The position numbers and the translations under genes were made by a program. From contig JAWOEX010000028.1 in assembly GCA_046482545.1 (NCBI GenBank), positions 192,001-256,000 on the forward strand: 64,000 nucleotides of DNA, given 5' to 3'. Shown here piece after piece: positions 21,821 through 31,939 of the stretch; position 1 is the first letter of the stretch; every line of letters begins with the position of its first letter. This DNA comes from Candidatus Thorarchaeota archaeon. GTDB taxonomy: Archaea > Asgardarchaeota > Thorarchaeia > Thorarchaeales > Thorarchaeaceae. The notes under the pieces were generated by a model. The model was given only the letters and a program-made list of their open reading frames with translations, was not told where the DNA came from and ran no database searches.

Positions 21821-22363
21821 TTTTGATACAAAATCAGTCAATTGCTCAGTCATTTTGCGCGAAGAATTCCAGATCATTCTGGTTCCATGGATTCGGTGTA
21901 CATTTTGCAACGAACGGAACGCCGCCTTGGTCCATCCACTAATGTCGAGCGAAGTGGGTTTTGCAATTCCTTGTATCAGTTTAGAAAATGACTGTGAATC
22001 TGTTTCTTCAACAAGTCTGCCCAAAAAGCTGACCAAAACCCGAAGACGATTGCTGTCGCAGTTGATTCCCATAGCAAGAAGAGCTTCTTTTGCAGAGCTA
22101 GTTCCTAAATGAGCAAGTGCACGCACTACCACAAACCAAGAGTCGAAATCCCTCCGACGAGCGAGTGAATTGCAGATTTCAATCACGGCTGAGTCTCGCC
22201 TGTGGGCTAGCTCCTGAATGGCCGGTTCCCGCAAGAATAGACTCAGTTCTGTGTTCTTACTTCTATTTACCAGCTTTTCTCTAGAGACATCAGAAAAATC
22301 ATAGACTTGTTCAGAACTCAAAGCGGAACCAGTATCAACCAAGAACAGGTAGTTGGCGTTCAT
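21743..22363 (-). CDS. Hypothetical protein with short HEAT-like helical repeats
   Basis: VVRALAHLGTSSAKEALL and LVSFLGRL are HEAT-like; the C-terminal tail runs through element copy 1. Confidence 0.55.
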   Translation of the reverse strand: MNANYLFLVDTGSALSSEQVYDFSDVSREKLVNRSKNTELSLFLREPAIQELAHRRDSAVIEICNSLARRRDFDSWFVVVRALAHLGTSSAKEALLAMGINCDSNRLRVLVSFLGRLVEETDSQSFSKLIQGIAKPTSLDISGWTKAAFRSLQNVHRIHGTRMIWNSSRKMTEQLTDFVSKTGKNRQSDSNLGPHKPVKTQKNIFS

Positions 22364-22421
22364 ATAGGTAGGTCTGGATGGCCATTATTAAGGGACACAT
22401 GTGATACGAATTCACAAAGAA

Positions 22422-23393
22422 TCAGCATGTCTCTTCGAGTGTCGTCTGTTCTTGACCGTAGGTTTTCCAAGCCCGAGTGAGAGCCTTAATAGTCCTCTTA
22501 ACCGTTTCTCTCTTTTCAAGTGGAAGAAAATGCCGTTTCAGTTGATTCGGATTCGGGGGTCTCAGTGTGAGGTCAAACATGAATGAATCTATTCTGTCTG
22601 CTTCATAGAAAGTATCTCTCGCCAAGATAAATTCTTTAATCTGTGAGTGAGGAATACCGTTGGCGCGGAGTACATCTTCCAAGCTTCCGTATCGCTTCAA
22701 TTGTGTGGCACCCCTTCGAGGGCCTACATTTCGAAGTCCTTCATGAAAATCACAACCACACAGGATAGCCAAATCTCTCAAGCCCACCAAGTCCAAATCA
22801 AGCTCTTGTTTCAAATCGGATAATCTGGCAGAGGTAATCTTTCCTTTGGAAAAGCTGATGCCCTTGGTAAGATGTGGGGATCCAAAAAGAAGTGTGTCTA
22901 CATCATTGGATAACACAGACCCGGTTCGTCTAGCCCTTGCCAGTGCAGCTGCGGTCATCTCCGCTTCAGAGGATGCAGTAATGGTCGGAACTCCAGATGC
23001 CGCCAACAAATCCTTCAGATGAAAAGACATGAAATACATCGACAAGCTAGGACTTCCGGCAAGAGAAGACGAAATATGATGGTCGAAAGGATCTCTCTTC
23101 TCTAGAAAACGATTGTATAACCGGCGTGCGGAACGCAGAAGGTTGGGATTAGGTGCCCGCTTTAGGGATTCTGGAGGGCCATCAAAGATGAATACTGGTA
23201 GGATGTTATGTTGGAGTAAACCCTCAACCAGCTTGAGGGCAATAGACACGTATGGCATAGGCTTTCTTCCTGTCCCGCCCCGGGCGGCCAAGCGACGCAC
23301 AAAGTAATTTGGAACATCGATTGCTAGGGCTGAGGGCTCAATTTTAATGGCACTTGCAGTGTAGTGAACGAAATCCCAGCCAACTACTCCCAA
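22422..23393 (-). CDS. FEN1/XPG-family 5'-flap endonuclease (divergent paralogue)
   Basis: TTG start at 23393 gives the MGV N-terminus typical of FEN1. Motifs IDVPNY, FIFDG, SEAE, SNDVDTLLFG, ILCGCDF, VGPRRG (H3TH) and a C-terminal QTTL. Confidence 0.85.
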   Translation of the reverse strand: MGVVGWDFVHYTASAIKIEPSALAIDVPNYFVRRLAARGGTGRKPMPYVSIALKLVEGLLQHNILPVFIFDGPPESLKRAPNPNLLRSARRLYNRFLEKRDPFDHHISSSLAGSPSLSMYFMSFHLKDLLAASGVPTITASSEAEMTAAALARARRTGSVLSNDVDTLLFGSPHLTKGISFSKGKITSARLSDLKQELDLDLVGLRDLAILCGCDFHEGLRNVGPRRGATQLKRYGSLEDVLRANGIPHSQIKEFILARDTFYEADRIDSFMFDLTLRPPNPNQLKRHFLPLEKRETVKRTIKALTRAWKTYGQEQTTLEETC

Positions 23394-24100
23394 GAATGAA
23401 ATCCCCCGTATATTGATTCTAATCCACACGGGCTCAAATAAACAACTACCGCTCGTTCGTTTTTGATAAGTGGTGAGAATTGCACCAAGATACGTATTGC
23501 AGAATCAGACACATCTAATTTCTCTATCCGAATCACGGAGTCTACTGCGTGAGCAAGTACATTACCTCCAACAGGTTTCCTTGCACCTTTTGATGAATAC
23601 GCTGTCATCATGAGATGCAGCCCGTGATTGTTGACCTGAGCACGGAGTTTTTCCAAAGAGCTGTAAAGCTTCCGCTGAGTCTTCTTGGTCATGGGCTTTC
23701 CGCTCAGATTCATCACTCCTGTAAGGCTATCAACAATCACAACACGGAAACCATGGGTTCCAGCATGTTCAACCGCTGCTTCCAAATCAGTAAGGGAAAA
23801 AACATTGCCAATTTGAATGTGTTCAAGGGGCCTGTCTGCTTCCATAGTCTCTCCAAACTTCCGCATGAGATTAGGTGAAAATCCAGATCCAGAATCCAAG
23901 TAAAGGGAACGATTATTTGCAACAACCCCTCCAAGAGCAGCGATGTGAGCCATCTCTGTGAGAAGCCCTCGTTCAGGGCCATGAAAAATGCTAATCTGGC
24001 GGTCAACAAACACTGGTCCCACTGTTGAGTCTAGTTGCTCAGGCTTGAGTTCGACCAGCCTATGAAAATCCATGTTAAACTCACTCAGCTGTTTGGCCAT
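23384..24100 (-). CDS. RecA/RadB-like paralogue with degenerate Walker A
   Basis: HGPERGLLT replaces GxxGxGKT; LYLDS, VVIVDSLT and KPVGGNVLAHAVD are RadA-family motifs. Confidence 0.75.
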   Translation of the reverse strand: MAKQLSEFNMDFHRLVELKPEQLDSTVGPVFVDRQISIFHGPERGLLTEMAHIAALGGVVANNRSLYLDSGSGFSPNLMRKFGETMEADRPLEHIQIGNVFSLTDLEAAVEHAGTHGFRVVIVDSLTGVMNLSGKPMTKKTQRKLYSSLEKLRAQVNNHGLHLMMTAYSSKGARKPVGGNVLAHAVDSVIRIEKLDVSDSAIRILVQFSPLIKNERAVVVYLSPCGLESIYGGFHSWE

Positions 24101-25034
24101 CCGCGGTCACGCTCCGAATTATGACTGATACATCCTTTTCAAAAAGTAAAGTCTCTTCTGTGCCTGGTGGCAGGGATTCAAGGTCCATTCCCGGAACCTC
24201 GTTTTCCCGTACTATGACCCTTGGCCCATCCGAAGACGGTAAGATGGTCGTTCTTACCGGCGGGTCTGCCAGGATGCGTGAAAGAGTCGTGTGGTTTGTA
24301 GCGATACGAAAATCCTTTGGATCGATACCCGCAAGGCTTTCAAGGTAAGGCAGAGAGCCAATGAAGTGGCTGACTTCGGGGGATAGCTCAGTGAAATGGT
24401 CAACACCATAACTCCTAACGAGATTTTTGATTCGATTCGGCCAGCCTGCATCGTTTTCGCAGTTCACAATAATTGCGTCTGCCTCCTCGAATCGGACCAA
24501 ACAAACCGGCAATAGTGGTCGTTCCTCGATTAGAGTAATCATCGTCTGGAAATACCTGTGAGAAAGAAGAAACACCTGCCATACGCTACCGGACCTTACA
24601 GAATGATTATCCTCAATTCTTACCATAGTGTTGAGGACAGTACTGAATCCCCTTGACAATACTTTGGCACTTCTCTTTTGACGATGGGGATTTCGCACAG
24701 TGGTACATCCAATCAGGAAGAAGATAACTCCGAGTATAGAAACTAATCCATCAAAAATAAGCAAAGTAAAGCCGATTGCTAAAGCTGAATAGCCAGCCGC
24801 AAATCCGGCTACTGCAGTCACAACAGAACTCACTTTAGATTCAGATACGAAACGATGGTCAAGAACAAGTAATCCAAAGGCAAGGAGTACAAGGAAAAGG
24901 AGAGGAATGACATTCCCAGTTCTTGCGCTGAGTACTATAACGGTGAGAGATGCCAGCAATTTAGTGCCGAATAAAACAGCAACCATTATCACAATCAGCA
25001 GAATTCCTGCATTGCCTATCCACTTACCAATCAT
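24081..25034 (-). CDS. Membrane protein (4 N-terminal TMs plus soluble domain), unknown function
   Basis: Four hydrophobic segments within aa ~8-112; overlaps both neighbours. Confidence 0.75.
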   Translation of the reverse strand: MIGKWIGNAGILLIVIMVAVLFGTKLLASLTVIVLSARTGNVIPLLFLVLLAFGLLVLDHRFVSESKVSSVVTAVAGFAAGYSALAIGFTLLIFDGLVSILGVIFFLIGCTTVRNPHRQKRSAKVLSRGFSTVLNTMVRIEDNHSVRSGSVWQVFLLSHRYFQTMITLIEERPLLPVCLVRFEEADAIIVNCENDAGWPNRIKNLVRSYGVDHFTELSPEVSHFIGSLPYLESLAGIDPKDFRIATNHTTLSRILADPPVRTTILPSSDGPRVIVRENEVPGMDLESLPPGTEETLLFEKDVSVIIRSVTADGQTAE

Positions 25035-25660
25035 TGTGTTCCTCCCCCAAGGGCCAATGCAACTGATCCTTCATCTTCAAGCCGAATTTCAATCAAAGGA
25101 GTAGATTCTACTTCAGCAATTGATATGCCGGATTTTATGGTTCGAGCAATCTTGATTTCGTAATCAGCGAATCTATTCATTGCTTCCTCATACACAGCCC
25201 TTTTCGAACCACCGACTTCTCTACACTCGCTGATACAGAGAATCGTCAAATCGTGTTTCATTGACATAGCTGTTAGACTCGGTAACACCTCTTCGAAGAG
25301 TACTCTTCCCCACATAGGGTCTTTTCGAAGTCCCATATCCAAGACACGAGTAATCGAATCAATGACAATAAGGGTTGTATCTTCAGTGAGAAATGTGGGG
25401 ATATCTTCGATAATCTCTACCGTCATTTTATGGCCCATAGCACTAAGGACCCTAACTGATTCAGGCCTTCCGTTTGTCCGGGATATGGTCTGCTTCAAAG
25501 GCTCGATGAAAGCCATCTTACCATTTGTGTTAATCCACAATACATCAGAGTCCATAGCCACCTCCGAAGCATAAGCTATGGCAAAGAGAGTCTTTCCCGT
25601 TGCAGGAGCTCCGGAAACATGGACTAGTCCCTTTAGTCCAAAGTCGCAAGGCTTGTTCAT
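25031..25660 (-). CDS. RadB-like RecA-family ATPase
   Basis: Walker A GAPATGKT, VLWINT, Walker B LIVIDS; no N-terminal HhH domain. Confidence 0.8.
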   Translation of the reverse strand: MNKPCDFGLKGLVHVSGAPATGKTLFAIAYASEVAMDSDVLWINTNGKMAFIEPLKQTISRTNGRPESVRVLSAMGHKMTVEIIEDIPTFLTEDTTLIVIDSITRVLDMGLRKDPMWGRVLFEEVLPSLTAMSMKHDLTILCISECREVGGSKRAVYEEAMNRFADYEIKIARTIKSGISIAEVESTPLIEIRLEDEGSVALALGGGTQ

Positions 25661-27186
25661 AAGGAGTCTTCCTCATCCTCTGATGGTTTGCTTTCTAGTG
25701 GAGACCCCTTTAGTTTTGAATCAGCAATCTGGCGTCCTGTAAGCTCCAATTCATCTTTGCTGGAGTCAGTATTTCCCTCTACTTCATCCCCGCTTTCGGA
25801 AATACCGGCTGAGCCTATTCGTTGGTATAATCCATCATTACACTTGTCCGGTTCAGGTATTTCGTCGGGTATTTCAGATTCTATTTCTTGCTTCAGAAAT
25901 GCTGCAGTGCCAAGCAGGTTTATGGAATCATATATCCTCTGCAAGAGATTATTGTCGATGAGGCCGGCTCGTGAGACGGCTCTGTATAGAGTTCCAATAT
26001 AATCAATCAGGGAGTCTCGATCTTCTGAAGGGTATGCACCAAGACCGGCATAAGAAATTGCTAATTCATCGAAATCACTCTCTGAAAGCCCGGCCTCAAG
26101 TTCCTCGAATAGGCCTAGGAAGGTGGCTAGACCATCATCAGGTATCGATGCGCGCTTGGTTGACGAGTTTTTCGCGCACTTCTCAATTATGATACTACTG
26201 GCCTCAGCGGCCTCCTCAATTTTCGCATTTTCTATTGCATCAACTACTCTGGATACGAGTGGAGATATTACGAAATTGATGTCCTCGATTTTCTTGAAGA
26301 TATCTGCCTTCTTGCACAGTTGCTGTTGTGTGAGGGCGCGATCTCCAATTTCAGCCAGCTTGCCTTCTTCTTCAGCCAGCTTATCCTTGAAACAGAAAAT
26401 ATTCTTTCTTGCCTTAAGACCAGTCCACATTGCAAAACCAACAGAAAAGGCAGCCAGTACCACGGAAATAATCCATCCGATTCCTCCAACAAGAGAGCTG
26501 TACACCGCGCTTACTACGCCTACAAGACCAACTAGGATCGCCAAGAAAGCAAACCACCCATTTGTAATTCCCTTTTCCAGAGACTCCCATTTCTCCGGTA
26601 TCATCGCAGCCCTAATATCAGGTGCTGTTCCCATCGCATCTGATCTTCGAGACAGACTGAAGTCTTGAAGATTCAACACCCTTTTTGGTTCACAGAACCA
26701 AGAGTAGGAGTTCTTGTCTACTGTCTCCGAAGTAACGACATAGTTCATTCTCGACTGTCTAACCAAGCTATGCTTCTCGGGTGATGAAGAAGACTGCAGC
26801 ACATCGAATTCGATTTTTCCGAAAGGAGTCATGATGCACTTCGATTCTAGTTTTTCGTCGAGTTCAAGGTCCTCAAATACTTCATTCAGTTCTCTGTCCG
26901 CTGCTTTTAGAACGGTTTTCTGCATACCCATCTTTGGAAGGTCACAGGAATTGAGATCCAAGATATTTGTCAAAGAAACATGTACACTTCTTGTATTGGG
27001 TATCCTATCAAAGCGTACTCCAACAACAAGTCCTTTTTCAGGATAGGCCTTTGCCACATGCTCGTTTTCTCTCAGAAGATCGAGTATGCTTTCTATCTGC
27101 GATTCTTTCTTGTCTTCCTCTTTCTCAGTTATAGTATCCCCTTTTCGAGATGGCTGTGTTGATCTTTGATCACTACTTGCTGACAT
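25657..27186 (-). CDS. Two-TM membrane protein with large soluble domains and an acidic tail
   Basis: TM hairpin GWFAFLAILVGLVGVVSAV / WIISVVLAAFSVGFAMW; likely start MSASS at 27186 (track 27201). Confidence 0.75.
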   Translation of the reverse strand: MSASSDQRSTQPSRKGDTITEKEEDKKESQIESILDLLRENEHVAKAYPEKGLVVGVRFDRIPNTRSVHVSLTNILDLNSCDLPKMGMQKTVLKAADRELNEVFEDLELDEKLESKCIMTPFGKIEFDVLQSSSSPEKHSLVRQSRMNYVVTSETVDKNSYSWFCEPKRVLNLQDFSLSRRSDAMGTAPDIRAAMIPEKWESLEKGITNGWFAFLAILVGLVGVVSAVYSSLVGGIGWIISVVLAAFSVGFAMWTGLKARKNIFCFKDKLAEEEGKLAEIGDRALTQQQLCKKADIFKKIEDINFVISPLVSRVVDAIENAKIEEAAEASSIIIEKCAKNSSTKRASIPDDGLATFLGLFEELEAGLSESDFDELAISYAGLGAYPSEDRDSLIDYIGTLYRAVSRAGLIDNNLLQRIYDSINLLGTAAFLKQEIESEIPDEIPEPDKCNDGLYQRIGSAGISESGDEVEGNTDSSKDELELTGRQIADSKLKGSPLESKPSEDEEDSL

Positions 27187-29356
27187 CTTTATCACCTGCA
27201 TTGTATCGATTTGAATGCAACTCGTTGAGCAATCTATGAACTCCCCTTCCTACTTTATCCAAGTTGGAAACCTCTGCAATGCTGGAGATTGAGATAAGAA
27301 TCCACTCCAGCATATCAAGGATTAATCTGATGTCACCTGTACCCAGATTATTTCTAGTGGCTATAGTCTCACAGTTCTCAGAAGCCAGAATGAGTTCAGC
27401 AACAATCTGTGCCGTTGACTCACCAAGGTTTCTGCCACTTTCCAGCATGATGATATGCGCGATTAAATCAAGCAATTCCCTTGAAGTATCTACCATTGGA
27501 AGGAGGGCCAAGATTTCTCTGACTGTTGATATATGGAGATAGAGCTTGCAAACAACGCTGCCGAGAGCTGTGAGTCTCAGCCGGGCATCAGAGCCACCTT
27601 CAATCAAACCGAGCTTGGTCAGAGTTGCTACTGGGCTTGTTTCTCCTAATGCTAGGGGAATTATGAAATCGGCTTTGGACCGCAATGATTTCGCTGCTTC
27701 GATTCCCAGAGCAACAAGATGGGGGCAGAGGATGCCATCTTGCCCAATGGCTTTGCCGCACGAACACGACGGGCCTTCAAGAACACCGCTCTTCCGTGAT
27801 CTGATGGAGAACCGACATGTGTACCCTCCTCCGCTCCGTGGTTTAACCAGACCCCCTATCGTCTCCTCCGATTTCTCGCGGATATCAACGTGAGCAAGGA
27901 CCCCTTCCATTGCGGCGTGGAGGGTTTCAGACAGCGCATGTTGTTCAATCGACGCCTGTGCGGTGAGATCGGCTAGAATCAGCGGTCTAACTGGTGAACG
28001 TGGATTCCTTACGTGATTATGTACGAGATATGATTGGGCAAAATATACGTCTTCAAGGTCTAAAACCGTAGAGCCATCAAGAAAATCGATTGCCACTAGA
28101 ACCTGCTCTGTAAGATTGCTTGAAAGACTGCTTCGCACAGAACTGAATCTAGGCATCATTTCGTCCTCGCCTTCAGAAGCATCAATACACTGGAAGTACG
28201 CGTCTAAAGCTGTTTTTCGCTCTCCCTCACTTCGAGTAATGATGATTCCAAAGCCTTCCTTGTCGAACCCTGGCCTTCCTGCTCTTCCCAACATCTGGTG
28301 AACTTCATTAGCTGAAAGAATCTGTTTGTAATCAGCAGGAGAGACGATGGATGAAAGAACCACTGTACGTGCAGGAAGGTTCATTCCCGAAGCAAGAGTT
28401 GTCGTAGCTGAAATCGCTTTCAGGAATCCTTTCTTGAAGAGCCGTTCAACAAGACTCCGAGATTGAAAGTCTAACCCGGCATGATGATATGCTACACCTT
28501 GATGGACGAGAGGAACTAATTCACTTGGTAGGGACGCATTCCAGTTCTCAACCGAATCGAGCTCGGTGTCAAGATTATCTTTCTCCACATGACGCAGCTG
28601 TCTGACCACGTGTGGTGCCAGTCTCTTAGCTGATGCCACTGCTTCTCGCCTTGTTCTGCTGAATACCACAACCTGGCCGTTCCTTTGTACGCTTCGCATA
28701 ACAATATCCCGAACCGTCTTCTCTGGCTCATTGGTCTTCAGAACTCTCGTTACCAACGGAACTGGTCGATGACTAGATTGTAGAAGTTTGGAATCCAACC
28801 ATTCTGCCAGTATTTTTGGCTGACCAATTGTAGCACTGAGAACGACGAACTGAACTTCAGGGAATGCTTTTCGTAACCGCATCAGAGTTCCTTCAAGCCT
28901 GCCTCCTCGCATTGGGTCTGAAATGTTCTGGATTTCATCCACGATTACAGTGCCTATATCTGAAAGCCAGTCAGCCCTGTGGCGTAGTAGCGAATCAGTC
29001 CTCTCATAGGTTGAGACGAGTACATCGCAAGTTGCGAACTTGCTTCCGCTGGCTTCAAGATCCGAAGTACTTACTTCCACATTCAAACCACGATGAGAAT
29101 ATCGTTCCCTGATGGTTGATCCAATTTGAATAGCCAGCGATTTCAGTGGAACCATGAAGACAGCCTTTCGTCCATTTGAGACCGCCCTCAGAGCGGCCAT
29201 CTCACCAATGAGGGTCTTCCCAGAACCCGTGGGACTACATATCATCATGTTAGCCCCGTCGAGCAATCCCTCATCTATGGCCTTTTGTTGCAGTTTCCTA
29301 GGTTCTAATCCTGCCTCGCGAATCCAATCCAAAACCGATTGCTGGACTAAGGTCAT
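27173..29356 (-). CDS. Ski2-like/Hel308-family SF2 helicase with an inserted SWIM zinc finger
   Basis: SPTGSGKT, TYER, DEIQ, LSAT, HHAGL, TTTLASGMNLPAR, QMLGRAGRPGFD; SWIM CSC-x10-CPH. Confidence 0.85.
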   Translation of the reverse strand: MTLVQQSVLDWIREAGLEPRKLQQKAIDEGLLDGANMMICSPTGSGKTLIGEMAALRAVSNGRKAVFMVPLKSLAIQIGSTIRERYSHRGLNVEVSTSDLEASGSKFATCDVLVSTYERTDSLLRHRADWLSDIGTVIVDEIQNISDPMRGGRLEGTLMRLRKAFPEVQFVVLSATIGQPKILAEWLDSKLLQSSHRPVPLVTRVLKTNEPEKTVRDIVMRSVQRNGQVVVFSRTRREAVASAKRLAPHVVRQLRHVEKDNLDTELDSVENWNASLPSELVPLVHQGVAYHHAGLDFQSRSLVERLFKKGFLKAISATTTLASGMNLPARTVVLSSIVSPADYKQILSANEVHQMLGRAGRPGFDKEGFGIIITRSEGERKTALDAYFQCIDASEGEDEMMPRFSSVRSSLSSNLTEQVLVAIDFLDGSTVLDLEDVYFAQSYLVHNHVRNPRSPVRPLILADLTAQASIEQHALSETLHAAMEGVLAHVDIREKSEETIGGLVKPRSGGGYTCRFSIRSRKSGVLEGPSCSCGKAIGQDGILCPHLVALGIEAAKSLRSKADFIIPLALGETSPVATLTKLGLIEGGSDARLRLTALGSVVCKLYLHISTVREILALLPMVDTSRELLDLIAHIIMLESGRNLGESTAQIVAELILASENCETIATRNNLGTGDIRLILDMLEWILISISSIAEVSNLDKVGRGVHRLLNELHSNRYNAGDKDVSK

Positions 29357-31629
29357 TGCGCTGCTGCCGCCTCCTCAAACTGCCTGAGCGCCATTCGGCC
29401 TTTCAGCGTCAAGCGATAGTTTCCGTAATCTACCCCACTGTGGGTTTCATGCCCCTTCAGTATGAGGCTCGCTCTCTCCAATCGGAAAAGAATTTGTGTC
29501 ATGTCAGCTGTTGATAGGCCCTCTCGGGTAAGGAAACTCTGAAGTGCTTTTTCAGTCAGCGGAGAATACCTATTAAGAAGCTCAAGAATTCGTAGTGCTA
29601 TTTCCTTATTGTCTCTACAAGCATGGGCCAAAAGGCTGCTTGCTTTCGGTTCTGGTTTCTCGTAACTCTGCAGAGTCTTTAGTCTACTACGAATGTCGTT
29701 CTCCGTAAGATCCTGTAAAACAGGAGCATCACACAATCTTATCGGATAAGATAGCTCTTCTGCTCTATGCGAAAGGATAGCCATATCCGACCCAAGTGTT
29801 CGGATAAAGGAGGTTTCTCTACTGGATCTGCGGGATTTACTGTGAATGCCGTGTCCAACAACGGTTAGCTTGAGTATATCATTGGCAACAGCAATGTCAC
29901 GCGAATCTCTGAGACGTAAACAGATTGAGCTTCCAAGCTGGTTCAGTACTTCATTGTCCAGACTTGAGGGGTTCTCTACTGAAATGATTAGACTACCACG
30001 TCTAAGAAGATCTCCTACGATGTCACGTGCCCATTCCGAGTTATCAGGATAGCGATTCCCACTCGCTAAAAGGTTAGCAGGTGTGTCTAGTATAACGACG
30101 AATTCTCTGCTGGGTCCAAGCGCGCTGAGTTTGATTAATGACAAATCCCAAGCGAAGATATCAAGCTCAGGGCTCCCCAGTTCGATATGAGCTACTGTCA
30201 GTGTATTCTTCGCAAGCGAATTCATTGGTACAGTCTGTTGGCCATAGAAGGCTCGTGCCCCAACACCATCGCGCAGAAGGCGTATAACTTCTATACCGCG
30301 CAAGGAATCTCTTGAGGGATCGGTGGAATACTTCTGTGAAGAAGCCCCTTCTTCCGCTACAACTGGAGTATCATCTGTCAGAGAAACGTCAGCCAGAGTA
30401 GCATTGGGCACGGACACTGCTCGCTGTAATGCTAGCTCAAAGTCAGTAGCAGCACCAAACGGACGACCGTTCAGAATTTCGAGTGCTTTTTTCAGCTTTG
30501 AGACATATCGCAAGGAGTTCATACCATCGGCAGCAACAGGGTTTAGAATCAAATCATCTGCAAGCTGAAGAGGAATGGCCGAGTCATGAAGGCTGGCTAG
30601 TCTCATGGCATTTTCATTTGCACTAAGGACTATCACATGCTTACCTGATTCCAGAATTGAATGGATTAGATTCGCGAGAATTGGAATTCTTTCATTTCTA
30701 TGCCCTCCACAGATGAGAAGGCCATCCTCGAGGTCCTCTTGGGCTAAACCCACTGATGGACCCTCCAACATTGTTTCAGGATTGATGCTTCGTCCAACTT
30801 CGAAGTCGTACTGCTGACCGCGTATCGGGCTGACAAATTCTCCAGGAATCGTTGCGCCCACTTCTGATGCTAGTTCACTCTTCAGCTGTATTAGCCACTT
30901 GGTCAATTCACTACCTAGAGCGTAGAAACAAGGGTCCCGATTAGCGAAAGAACGATTCAAAATTAAAGCTGTGAGTTGTTGAACTGATAGTCGTTCCCAT
31001 CCTTTGCTTGGTAGCGCCCCCCGAATGCCACTTTCAAAAGCACCTTGCCCTTTTTGATTTCGCAAGTGGGCAGCAATAGAGACAGAAACTTTCCAGAAAC
31101 CAGCTTGATTGAGTAGGAAAGATTCCAATCCTTCCTCGCTTATTGAATCAACTAACCATCGGGAGGTGTCATCTAGCAAATCTTGGCTGTAAAGGATAGA
31201 GGAATCACTTTTCTTAAGAGAAATTATGAGACAAAAACCTAAGCCTATGGGAAGAGCCCGTATTAGTCGTCCAAGATCCCCCAAGAACTCAGCTGGCGCA
31301 TCTTCTAGGGATAACGCCATCATGTACTGGCCGTTTTTGGTTTCTATCAGTTCTCTGTCGGAGCCACTGATAGAACCGATTCCATTATCCTGCTGCCATT
31401 CTGGTACGAGTTGTTCAGAAGACCGGGAAGTCAGAGAGGGCGCTCCTATCAACAATAGTAGGACTGCAACGCTGAGGATACCAACTACTTTAGGAATGTA
31501 AAAAACAGCCCAAAAGGCAAGGGCTGAAACGAGCAGAGAGGAAAGCCAAGACGAGGCTAACTCCCGAGTCCTCCACCGAGGCTTTGTACTCTTCGATACT
31601 GACCAACGAGATTCCTTCATTTCGTCCAT
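29353..31629 (-). CDS. Membrane-anchored HerA/VirB4(CedB)-like protein with degenerate ATPase motifs and a C-terminal wHTH
   Basis: Two N-terminal TMs. LICGGHRNERI at the Walker A position and VVILDTP at Walker B. RRGSLIISVENPSSLDNEVLNQLGSSICLRL matches the HerA/FtsK-clade Q-P-S motif region. C-terminal wHTH (...LFRLERASLI...YRLTLKG). Confidence 0.65.
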   Translation of the reverse strand: MDEMKESRWSVSKSTKPRWRTRELASSWLSSLLVSALAFWAVFYIPKVVGILSVAVLLLLIGAPSLTSRSSEQLVPEWQQDNGIGSISGSDRELIETKNGQYMMALSLEDAPAEFLGDLGRLIRALPIGLGFCLIISLKKSDSSILYSQDLLDDTSRWLVDSISEEGLESFLLNQAGFWKVSVSIAAHLRNQKGQGAFESGIRGALPSKGWERLSVQQLTALILNRSFANRDPCFYALGSELTKWLIQLKSELASEVGATIPGEFVSPIRGQQYDFEVGRSINPETMLEGPSVGLAQEDLEDGLLICGGHRNERIPILANLIHSILESGKHVIVLSANENAMRLASLHDSAIPLQLADDLILNPVAADGMNSLRYVSKLKKALEILNGRPFGAATDFELALQRAVSVPNATLADVSLTDDTPVVAEEGASSQKYSTDPSRDSLRGIEVIRLLRDGVGARAFYGQQTVPMNSLAKNTLTVAHIELGSPELDIFAWDLSLIKLSALGPSREFVVILDTPANLLASGNRYPDNSEWARDIVGDLLRRGSLIISVENPSSLDNEVLNQLGSSICLRLRDSRDIAVANDILKLTVVGHGIHSKSRRSSRETSFIRTLGSDMAILSHRAEELSYPIRLCDAPVLQDLTENDIRSRLKTLQSYEKPEPKASSLLAHACRDNKEIALRILELLNRYSPLTEKALQSFLTREGLSTADMTQILFRLERASLILKGHETHSGVDYGNYRLTLKGRMALRQFEEAAAAQ

Positions 31630-31666
31630 AGGGTCTCGCTGGGGAATTGACCCGAAGATATGACGG

Positions 31667-31939
31667 TCAGTCAGGGGTCTCGCCTCCCGATTTCAATTCT
31701 TGCAGGGCTGTAAGCATCTGTTTGACTAGACTCGAAGATTCGTATGCAACGGCCAACTTTCTCCCGAGTACCAGTAATTCTGGAAGTCCCTCCTTCCGCG
31801 AAACACCCACCTCAGTCCGCCTTGGTGATTCAACCAAAAGGGTGAATTCGTAAGCATGACCACCACGTAGTGCTTTCTTGACCTCATCTACGGCAAGACC
31901 AAGCGGAATGGTGATGGAATCCATGTACTCGATCTTCAT
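31667..31939 (-). CDS. Small hypothetical protein (90 aa)
   Basis: Start overlaps the upstream stop (ATGA) inside the operon. Confidence 0.65.
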   Translation of the reverse strand: MKIEYMDSITIPLGLAVDEVKKALRGGHAYEFTLLVESPRRTEVGVSRKEGLPELLVLGRKLAVAYESSSLVKQMLTALQELKSGGETPD

